The position numbers and the translations under genes are program-made. From NCBI GenBank assembly GCA_048882325.1, contig JBHLRS010000006.1:1-64000 (forward strand): a stretch of DNA of 64,000 bases, given 5' to 3'. This stretch comes from Candidatus Thorarchaeota archaeon. GTDB taxonomy: Archaea; Asgardarchaeota; Thorarchaeia; Thorarchaeales; Thorarchaeaceae. The stretch's first letter is position 1. Each line of letters starts with the position of its first letter. Below are positions 35,020-47,000 of the stretch, one piece after another. The notes beneath the pieces are model-generated. The model was not told the DNA's origin, did not search any database, and saw only the letters and a program-made list of their open reading frames with translations.

Positions 35020-38000
35020 TCATTTCTTCCTTGATTTCAAATCCTCATCTATGCTTTTCAAGAGATCATCAACTAAAGCGCTAGGAAGATTCTTAGCTTG
35101 CTTCACAATATTATTCACTTCCTCCGGTGGGAGCCCTCTATTCTCAAGCTGTTTTCGAAGGTCCTCAATTTCAAAATCGGTAAGCTTGTCTTCAAACTCG
35201 GATTCCTGAATTGGTATCTCAAGTTTAGTATCATCGAGTGATTTTACAAATTCCTCTATCTTTTCCTTCGGGGCTGTTTCAGCCTCTTTCATGATTGCCT
35301 CAATTTCTATTTCTGGTACTTTCCGCCGAACCAACTCTGCTTCTAAATCAGCACACTCTTCTTCTGTTAAAGTCACAACTTTCTTTCTACGTTTCATTTT
35401 CTTCGGTTTTTCTGTTTTCTTGAAAAACTCAAGTGCAAGCTCCTTAGGAAGACTTCTTGCTTGTTCAACGATTGACTCGATTTCACGATCACTAGCTTTT
35501 CGCTTAATCAGCTCAGAACGAAGATTTTCAATTTCCTCTTCTGTGAGATGTTCAACCTTTTCTTCAACAGGTTTTGGTTTTTCTTTAGCCAGAATACTCT
35601 GAAGAAGCATCTGGACTACATCTTTTGGAAGTTCTCTGGCTTGTGTGACAAAGGACTCAATTTCATGCTCTGGAATTCCTCGTTTTTCAAGTTGTTCAGT
35701 CATTGTGTTCAATTCTAATTCTCTTAGCTGATGTTCGATATCGAGTCCTTCTTCTTCTGGCTCAGAGATATCAGCATCTTCTTCAACTACAGCGTAAATG
35801 TCTGGTTTAGCTACTATAGCAGCTCCACCAATTCTCTTTCTCCTTTCTGCTACAACTTCTTCCATGACCTGTTCTACAGATTTGTTCTGTATACCTGCGA
35901 CTCTAATTGCTTCCTGACTAATTACCTCTCTTACGAAACTGGTTTGCTGACTCAACTTCATCTTTGATATCTCAAATTTGAAGTCATCAAGCTCTTGTTG
36001 AGTCATTTCAGTAAGTATAGCGAGGTCAATAATCAGTTCATCAATTTCAGGCACTTCTATTTTGACTGATTCTGCAGGAATTTGCGAAGCTTCTCTTTTA
36101 ATTCCAACTGGATCATGTAGTTCATTGAATAATTCTGCGACGAGGGATTGTCTTGATCGCACGCCCCTAGCTGGTTTAGGTACTCTACTTCTACGTAATT
36201 GTCTAACCTGACCACTAATTATCCTGATTATCTTTGGCACTCTTAGAATCCTTACCCATACAACACCGAATAGAATCAGGAAGATGGCAAAAGCACTACC
36301 GTAAGTCATTGCGTTCTGCAGAGCAAGATCTTCTTCAGATGGACTTACCGAAACTGAAATCATTACACTGGCTGTTTCATAGTATGTTTTATTGAAGTGA
36401 ATTGTTACTTCCGTGACACCAGCTCTTCTTTTAGCTAATACTCTAAACTGATAATATCCATCGCGACTTTCATCAGGACCTAGATATTCGACAGTGGCAA
36501 ATTGGGGTTCAGAGTTATCAACTATGATACGAGCCTCGGTAATTCCCTCTCCAGAATGACCTAGCCACGCATCGGAATAATAGATCCAAAATGTTGCGTT
36601 CATTCCCCAGTGAAGTGACAGTGCTGACGGTCCTTCCACCTGAAGACTAGTTTGAATCTTGATAATCGTGATCTCGAACACGAATACCGCGGTGGTGTGA
36701 TTTTCTAACATGAATTGGATGTTAAATAATATTGTCGCACCTAAGCCCCAATCAAGTGTGTTGAAAGCGAATGAATAATTACCATTTCCGTGATCGGACA
36801 AAATAAGTGGTTCTTCGTAGACTCTTGGTCCTGTATAGAACGAGTTGTTGGATATTGCGTCTGGAATCCCTCTTGCACCATAGGTGTCATTGTATAACAT
36901 GGTGACCGTAAGTGTATCTCCGTATGGTACTTGTAGTGTTGTCCAGGAATCTCCAATTCGATACAGTTCAGGGAGAAGAATCGAGATGTCCGTGGGGACT
37001 GATGCAATATGAATTCTAATCGTCAATTCTTCATCCTCATAGTTTGCCTTTCGGAACTCCACTGTGATCGTGTAAGTTCCCGGGTTTAGTTTTGATGTAT
37101 CAACTGGAATGCCATAGATTCCTTCACCAAGATATACAGCACTACCTGATCCTCCTGCCCAGGAAAAAGCGGAAAAGTCAGCCTGAATACCTTGTGCATG
37201 ATAACTATCATAGTAGGTGACATTGACAAAACCTGTCCCGCCCCAAACAAACTCATCAGTTCCTGGTGAAAGAATAGTTGCTTCTAGATTTCTCACATAT
37301 ATCGATGTAGAATTATCCGCCCTCTCGTAATCCTGATTGGGTGAATTGGCTGAGATGATGAATGTGTGAAGCGCGGCAATTCCTTGGCTTGTGTCGAAGT
37401 CATAGTAGTAATAACCAGGACCTCCAATTATGGGTCCATTCACTAATGTTCCATTTGTGCCGAGTTCAGGTGAGTTCCATGTAACATTCAGACCGTCTAA
37501 TCCTGTGGAGTACGGATGTGTTGCGTTAAGGGCTGGAGCTAGAACATAAACTCCAATTCTGACAATATCGGACCAGTACACAGATGTATATTCGTAGCTT
37601 AAAGTAGCATTATCGAGCCATACTACCATCTGTATCTTTGAAATTGCCATAATCAGAGTCGCGGATGCATTACCATAGTTGTATTTTGAAGCCCGTAGAC
37701 GAATCTGGTAACTTCCATATCCCGCATTTCCTGTAGGTATTTGAAGTCTGTAATGCCCCTGTTCACCTGATATCTCAGTCACTGTCAAATTGGTGTCATA
37801 CACCCAGCTTCCTACAAGGGTTGCCTCAGAAACATAAGTGCCGTCAAGGATGTCCTCTAGATAGACCTCAACCACAGCAGTAGCGCCATATGATACGGTG
37901 AAGACATAGCCTTCTTCAGGGATGATTTCCATTGGTCTTGGTAAAAGTCTGAAAACCAGCTGATAAGAAGCATCAATATAGTTTGGTGCACTACCTTCAA

Positions 38001-41000
38001 TTCTAACGATAATTGTGTCCGATATTACGCCCAAACTAGTATCGAGAATTGCTGTGTAGTTACCTGGCACACCAGTGGGTACAAATGAATCTATGTAGCC
38101 ATCCCAATCATATGTGATTGTCGCTATCGAAACAGTCTGATTTCTAAGTGTATCATTAATTGCTGCAAATATGGTGAGAGGCTCACCCCAGTATATATCG
38201 CTAGTGGCTCTTGGTCCACTCCAAGTGACAATCAGCTCGGATGGAACAGCAAGAAGGTTGATCTCTACATTCAGTGAAGAGATTGAATAGCGAAGCAGAT
38301 TTGCTTGCACAGATAAAATTTGAGAGCCATGACTCAAACTACCTGTCTGAAGAGTTAGATTATAACTACCATCTCCAAGATCAATGTATGACGACAAATC
38401 TCCCCATGTCAAGGTCAGTGAGGCTCCTGCAAGTGGGTTGTCGTCAGCATCATAATCAACGAGGTATATCATGGCTGATGTAGTATAGCCTGCATAGTTT
38501 GTAGGTGCAATAACTGCAGAGAGTCCTGCAACTCTCTTCCTTAATCCGAAAACTACAGATGTTTCTGCTATCTCGTATTGTGAGTGGTTGATTGTTACAA
38601 GTACAGATTGTAAACCAACAGTCAAGGAATCTACCATGCTCAATGTAATATTGTACTGTCCACTACCTAGTGCTAGAACTGACCAGGACGATGGTGCTAG
38701 TCCTGTTGATTCATAGATTAAAGAAATCTGCCCCTCTGCACCATTTATTGGCTGTCCATGATCCGTGTCCAAAAACTGAAGCACAAACGAAACGTCTTCA
38801 TAGAATGCTACAACTGAGGGTGATGGTAAGTCACTTGAAACAGATGTCTGAATTGCGCGAACTAATCCTTCTGCTTCTGGTGCAAAGGCAGTCATGTAGT
38901 ATGGAACTACTAAGGCGCTCCATTGAACTTCAATATCAAAACTGAAGGTTCCAAGGCTTCCTAATGAGGATGTGCTGACACGTATTGTATACTTCCCTGA
39001 ATCAACACCAGTTCCCATTTGGACCCAGTAATCCACTCCTTCAATGAGACCTGGAGCCTCAAAGCAATCAAAGACTATGATTGCACCTTCAATTGGATCC
39101 CCTGTCGACTGATCAGTGTACATCAGAGTGACGTTCATGAGATCCCCAAAAGGCGTTTCCTCAATTTGACCCAGCTCGATGTTTCCAAGTCTTCCTACTA
39201 TATCAACAAAGACTGAGGTCGCATCATCTTTGTAGTATGGAGCACCCGTAGTCCACTCAATCTGAATTGTTATGTTCCAATCGCTCACCAGGATTGCGCT
39301 TATGACAGTAGAATTGATTTTGAGTCTGAAAATCGAACCAATCTGCTGAATCACATACTCACCATATGCGAGAAGTGAAGTGTCACTGTATATCTTGACA
39401 TCACTAATAACAACTACAACACTTTCACCAGTTGATAAATCCACGAATGCAAAATCTAAGGTCATATTATCAAGGTACAATATTTGACCTGGTGGAAACA
39501 CTATCTCAACACTAGCAGATCTCTCAGTAACAGGGATATTGATATTTCGTTGAGCATCCTGGTAATGTGGAGGTCCTGCAGACCAATTGGCTACTACTGT
39601 TATTGTCTTTACTCCTGGAGGCCCGAGAGCAGATGTGTCCAATGAAAAAGCATAGAGACCGGGACTCGTTTCACTAATTTCATAGTCAACTGTGGGCTGA
39701 AGTAATGCTAATCCAAAATAGAGGTTAATTGTTCCACCAGTAATTCCTGATGATGATAGAATGTCCTTATACAGAATGGTGAAGTTTACGTAATCCTGAT
39801 AGTGCGTTTGAGAAGGTGACGAAATCAAGTCCAGACTTGTATCCCGTTCATGTATTTCGAATGGTACTAGTATCTCATTCCATTGGTAGAAGGGTGCTTC
39901 AAATTCGGAGCTGAAATTCAACCAAAGATGATAGGTTCGTCCTATCTCTATTACTTGATTAGAGGTTTCAACTGTGAGTAGGTAGTTCTGTTGTGATGGT
40001 CGCCAAGTACAAGTAAAGATCCAGTTGGATCCATTGAGTATCTCTAAGCTGGTCATGACACCTGTATCGTTTCCTATCGCAAAAAGGGAATCAAGGTCCT
40101 GGTAGTACAGAACTACACTGAATGAGCTTCCATATGGGATGGATCCAACAGGCTCAGATGTCAATAGAGTGTCTCGAAAACTGACCTCAAGGGTTTTTGT
40201 AGCACTTCTGGCTTGATAGTAGAACTGAACAGACGAAGCTTCCACTCTAAGTGAATAAAGTCCTGGCTTACCAAAGTATGATACATTCAGATTAACTAAG
40301 TATTCTCCAGACCCTAGATCTGTAATCTGAACATGACTAGAGGGAACAACTGTCACCCCGAAATATATGTCAATCGTGGCTCCTATTACCATCTTGGAGG
40401 CTGAACCTGCAATATCTACAAATGTCACAGTGAAGGTTGCATTATTACCAAATGGAGTTAGAGGGGGTGTAGGATATGTCAGAAGGGTTTGACGTTCTAT
40501 CAGTGTTATATCTATGATTCGTCCAGTGACGTTTGAATAGAATGGCAATCCACTCCAGGTAAGATTTAGGAATAGTTGTCTATCTCCTAGTGGGGCACCA
40601 AGCTGACTCGTGTTGAATGAAACTATGTATAATTCCTCAAGAGCATTGTAACTCAATGTGAAATCAGGCACATCTAGTAACACCGTCATGGCAGCTGGAT
40701 TATAGTCTATAGGACTTGAGAGTCCTCCCGTTGTATCTTCATAGGTGAAGGAGAATGTAGCATTCTCACCGTAGGGTACACTGGTTGGTGGTATGATTGA
40801 TAGTGATGCAGTCCTTGGAAGTACTCTCACTGAAATCAAGTCAGTCCTGTTTGTATAGAATGGAACCACATTGGCAGACCAGTTGATGAGTACCTTCATT
40901 GAAAAGATACCCGTTCCACTAATAATCGAATTGTTGAATCCGATTGAGTATTCCCCTTTCCTATTGACGCTGTCTATTTCCCAGATGTCCACTTGTGACA

Positions 41001-44000
41001 GATCCACAGTGACACCAACAAACTCAACACTAATGAAAACGTTGAATGTGTCGTTCGTGATGCCGCCTGTAGATGGGCTTGAATATAGGAAAGTGTAGGT
41101 CATGTAGTCTAGGCATGGAGAAGGAAGAGCTGCTTCAATCAGTGTGAGTTCTGTATCTGCACCAACTATTTCAACTGTAATGGATAGGAACCTGTTCTCA
41201 TACTTTTGGATGCTTCCAGTCCAATTGAAGTAGACTGTGAGTTGTTGAACTCCAATACCTCCAAACTGCAAGGCAACAATTGAAATGGTATAGTATCCAT
41301 CTCCTCTTGCCGTGTCATTATCCCAGGTAGTTGCTAATTGGTGGGTTGCATTCCAGACAGTACACTGAACATCAGAAGATACAATTCCCTGCAAGTGATC
41401 CCGATCCCCGTAATAAACTGAGATATTGATTGTTCCATCTGAAGTTGTGTCATCTACTGGTGAGAGCAGCCTGAGCTCGGTCCTAATGGAGCGAATCACA
41501 ACAGTGACATTGAATGATGCTGATTCATATTCTGCTCCGAATGAAAAATCAAAGACAAGCAGGTACAACGCTAAAGCATCGGTATCAAAGGTGTTGATGG
41601 TGACACTGTAACGGTTGCCCACCCACACAATGTCATAATGAACTGGAGTCCAGTTACAGCTATGACTCACTGTTAAGATTGGTAGGTCATGGTCCATGTC
41701 AATATAATCCACATAGAATGTCTGTGTGTCTCCTACTGGGATTTCTAGAGCTCCGACAGTAGCAGTTGCATATGTTCTGATTTGTCTGACCTGAATGTCT
41801 ATCGATATTATCTTGTCTTCATAGTTTGGTGCTGAAGCGGTGAAGCTCACAGTATAGACACCAATGCCCCATGTGTCGGTTTCAATCGTCACTCGATACC
41901 TGCCACTGGTTATCAGTTCTTGACCAAGCTTCGCAGCCCCAATCACGGTGAAAGTAGCTGTGTCAATTCCCTGTCCTCTATCTATATCAACAAACTCTAA
42001 GGTAACAACTGCATTCGTGCTGTAAGATATCGTCAAAAGTGGAAAGTCGGGTGAGCTTAAATCACAACGTGCTTGAGTGAACTGAAAACTAATGATGGGC
42101 GTCTGAACGTTGGAGTAGTTCTCTGAAACTCCAAATGAAATGAATATCCGTATTCCATATGTTCCTCCTGGGAAGTAGGACTGGTCTAAAGTTATGACAT
42201 ATGTCCCTGCACTTTGAGGTGAAAACGTCTTGATGTTATAGAGTGTACCATTCTTGTCCCTGACAGTGAAATGGCTCTGAAGAAGACCATTTACAGGCAT
42301 GTTATCAAAAGCTGAACTTGACTCATTCACAGTCACATAAGTGATTATCTCAAAATCATCCCCGACTGGGAAGACACCTATATTATCCCACAAAATCATT
42401 GTAGTCAATTTTTTGATGTTCAGAAGTATCGCAGTGGTTCCATCATAGTAATACCTAGGAGTTGTGGTTGTGAAAACTGTGAGGTCAATTGTATAGGTGC
42501 CTAATTCCCAATCCTGGGTTTCAATAAGGAATTGAAGAGATCCGTAACTTGCAGAACCTCCGGTCCATTCTGCGAGAACACTTGATAGGTTTCCGGTTAT
42601 TGCTGTATTTCCTGCATCAAGATCTAGCAACGATAGAGTAACTGTGACATTGGATCCCAAAGGTATAGTTCCATCATAACTGGCCACAACGGTAGTTCTA
42701 TGTGGTCTTATCGCCACTGCAACGGTAACCTCGCCCGCTTTATAGTTCGTGCCAGCTATTGTGAAATTGAACAAATAGATGTCAATACTGTACGAGTCAA
42801 CATCAATTTCGATGGAGTACCTCCCATCGAGTAAGTCTGTATACTGGAATATTCCATCACTACTCAACACACCTCCAGTTATTCCGATACTGCTATGATC
42901 AACATCTTGCCACTCAAGTATAATGGTTGCATTCTCACCCCAAGGTGTACTAACTGGATTGACCTCAACCTGAACCAAATCAGTCTCGATTTTTCTGTAT
43001 TGAACGTTCGCCTCCACAGAGCTATCGATTACGTACATTTGCGAAGGATTTGCATTTATGACAAAACAATGTGTTCCAAAATTCAATCCTGTTGAATCAA
43101 TGTTAACGATATACGTGCCATTGTTATAATCTGTGACACCATTTATTGTACCATTAGAGGTTATGGTGGCTCCTGCATAATATACTCCCGTTATTGCATC
43201 TTGGAGATTCACCCGGATAAGGAAGTCGTCTCCATATGGTGCTGAAGGTGGTGTTTCATAAGTCAACACCGTATTGTGAGATAGCTGCAAATCAAAGAAT
43301 GTTGCTGCATCAACGAGGAGTGGGTGGCTAGAAACAATGTCGAGTCTCCAATTTCCTGGCTGACCTAGATCCGAGGTGTTGAGAGTCTTTCCATAAATGC
43401 CGTTGCCATAATCTTCGAACTGGATTTGTGTCTCGATTCCCAAGACACTCCAGTTCATCATAACCGTGGAACCAACTACATTTTGTGCAGTTTCAATATC
43501 GGTCAGTTGAACCTCGACCTCTAGAAGTTCTCCTGCTGTCCGTACTGAAATTCCATCTCCAATTGCGTCATCTGGTGACAAGAGGTCAAGAGATGAAGCA
43601 TGTTCTACAATGAATAGTCTACTGTATCTTCCAACACGTTCTGGACTCAAGTCCGCCGTGTCGTTGAAGTCGACATGAACCTCCCAAAATCCATTTGGCC
43701 AAGAACCAGTCACGCTGATGCCTGTCCATTCGAACTGACCACTTCCATCTTGGCTCAAGTCATCTGAGCTGTAAAAGACCTGACCGCTTGGGTCTATCAA
43801 TTGAAGTTGCATGGCCGACCCAGGAATCACTGTTGCTGTCCCCCTAAACTTTGCAAGGTCTCCTGTCTGAAGTGTTACAGTATTTCCGTACGCACCAGCA
43901 TTTGCTCCACACTCTAGAAATGACGCCTCATTGTTTGAAGTGAATGTAAATGACCAAACACCTGGGACATCGAGGACTGACGATGGCACAGTGATCTGCA

Positions 44001-47000
44001 CACCTGTTGTTGAGATATCCAAGAGTCTGTTCCGGCCCATTGCATCAATGACCTTTGTCAGCGTCCAATCAACCGGATTCGTCAAAATCATCCTCAAATC
44101 ACTAACACCTTGTGGTGGACTCGCTAGGACATTTGCTGTCCATGTTACTCCCGTTCCGTTAGCCACAAAGAATGATGTTCCAGATACCATGTTCTCATCC
44201 AATGTTGAGCTCTGAGTTGTCACATTGAGTTTCATTCTTGGAAGGATACCCACAACCGATGAGGCATCTGTAGTGAAGGACAAAGTAGCGCTTTGTCCAT
44301 ATAGTACACTCTGTTCAGAACCAACACTTAGGAAGCTAGATGGGTCGTACTGGTTTTCATATTCAGTTTGAATCCAGCTAGCAGATTTGTAGCCCATCAT
44401 TGTGCGAAACTCGTCTATTCCTCCAAGGTGAACTTGCCCGCCTCCATATGAACCTAGCATGAAAATATTCGAAGCGTCTCTCAACCTATCTCCCAACCCT
44501 ATGCTTGAATCTGACTTGGAATCCTGCAGTACACCATCTGCAAAACTATAGGCTCGTAATGTTCCATCACCAGTACTTTCATACTTGTACACAACAAAGT
44601 TCCAAGTCTGACGTTTCACCAAGACATTGAGGTAGGTGGCGCCTCCAATATCAAAATGGATATCAGGTTGGAACGAAGCATAGTCGTCTGGCCAGCCCGT
44701 TGGATTCCTGAAAGTCCTTACCAGAGTTATAGATGTGCCCTTCTGGAAGAGCACGGGTTCTACACTTGTCCATTCAGCGTCACTTGAGTAATTAAAGTAG
44801 ACCCAAAACGAAAACTGGAAGTCTGACCAACCGTCGAAAATACTTTCGCTATCTATGAAGGGGATATAATTGCCAACCGCATCTTGGAAGTATCTAGCAT
44901 CTCCAATTTTCGCGTTCCGCATAAAGGATGTTTGAGTAGGTGTACCATCGTGGTTATTCTGGCTTGAATCTTCTAAGAACGAGCCATTGCCGGACTGTTC
45001 TGCGAGATGCCAAACGCTGTTATAGTCTTCCCAAATCCGATTCGGATTCTCTAGCATGGCTGCATTTGGAGCTCCATAAGCCATGGTGACTATTGTGTCA
45101 ATGGAAGCAGACAATAGAGGAACTTTCACCCAAGCCACAAGATGGGCATGAGTTGAATTATAATTAGAGTCAAAGAGTTCTATTTCGTGATCTAATGTTT
45201 CTGAACCAAGCATGAACTTGATATCCTCCCCATCTGGTTGAGTATCAGTCTTGAGATCGCTGTCATATATGTCAACCAGAACCGGGAAGTCCTTCAGGTC
45301 TGAGCTCACCTTTGTGTGGTCTATTGTCAAGTCTTTCCTATGATTAAGGATGGAAATAATATCATCTTCCTGAGGGACTAAGAAGTCCACGTAGAGCGTA
45401 GCCAAGTCGTCGCCGCCATAACCAAAAGTCCCCCTAATGGAGTTCCAGTCACGGTACTGGTCCGAGTTCATGTAGTCAATCATGATGCAGATATAGTTTC
45501 CACTATCCCACCCGGGACGGGATACTACACTTTGCACAAGCGAAGACATGTCAGGTGTTCTATATCTGAAATAATTCTCCCAAGAATCCTGTATCCAAGC
45601 TACACTTGTGCTGCTCCAGCTATACCTTTCTTCTAGATTTGGTAAACCGTTTGTGAACGGTGAAACATTGTCTTCCTCAGCTACAAATACCCGAAGCGAA
45701 TTGTTACCTCCACCAAAATAACCTAGCGCTTCCACCTCGAGAGATGCTGAGGTGATTATTGCACCTTGTGGAATATCTACTGGGAACTGGATGCCAATCT
45801 GATACTTGACAACATCATTCCATGATGTACCACTGGAACTCCAAACTCCCACTTCCAGCGCACTAGAAGTGCTAATTCCTGTATCAGATCTACTGAAACA
45901 GTCTCTTGCTGCGCCATCTGGAACATAGGTCGAAAAACTGCCTGATGTGGAGCTAGCTATTAAGGTCTGATTAGCACTGAGCCCAATCTGCTCTGGAAGA
46001 GGTCTGGCTTCGAAAATCACCTCAATCTCATCAATGAACAATCTATTGTTGATGTTTGAGGGTGCGTTTCCTGAGTAATCTGTACCAAGACCAATTGCAA
46101 GTGAAGTTGTACCCGGAATTGGCATATTATCAAAAACAGATGCAGGAATTTTAGCTTCACCTACAATCCACTGGTCTGTCACATATCCACTACTGAAGAC
46201 ATTGAATTTTGCCCGGAACCCACCAACATCTACAAATAAATAGAATATATCATTCATTACCTGTGCACTTGGGACAGAATGATAGAATCTAATCTCGCAA
46301 GAATACACGTCTCTCCAAGGCAACTGTAGGCTTTGGCTTAGATACAACTCCATATCAGTATTAATTGGTGTTCCTAAAGAGATTAGAACGCTAGGCCTCC
46401 ATCCCATGGAACTTTCTCTACCGCTCCCTGCTGAACTGTACCAGTACAGACTTCCATGTGTTGGATGAGTTGTAGAATCACCATTTTTCGATATTGACCA
46501 ATCATCTGGAACATTGAAAACCTCTGAGTTCCATGGTGAACCAGATAATATATGTCGTTCCTCATGATAATCATCGAGAAGACCATTCTTCACTGGTTTG
46601 ATCACTGTGGAAAGATACTCTAAGGACCCGCTCATGTCAGTACCAGTCCAACCTAACGGTGCCTGAATAGAAACCGGTGTGGGTGCTGATGAATCGAGCA
46701 TTACAATGCTTTGCGAATCATTGGAAAACAGGCCCTCATACGTAACTGGTTGAGCCGCTCCTGATGAGCTGTATGATTGTGATCCTTCTGTAGTCCAGAA
46801 CTGATTCGGTATGTTCTCGCTGGAGAATCCTCCACTAATCAAGTCAGCCTGATTTGGGTTGAGGCCTACAGGGGAGCAGAAAATCAAGAGAAAGATGCAC
46901 GGAATAATAATTCTGAAACTAGTGCGTTTGTACTCTTTAATTAAGGTCCTATAGCTTGATGAGATACTTAATCGAGATTTCTTGTGATAACCGGAGGATT

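Noticed and set aside
35780-36060. Eukaryote-like sorting signals in the giant-protein tails (YAVV; EIDELI/EIEELL) as ligands for the MHD-like protein
   Set aside because: Such short motifs arise by chance in acidic helical sequence and probably lie in a folded domain; the genes are over 20 kb apart.
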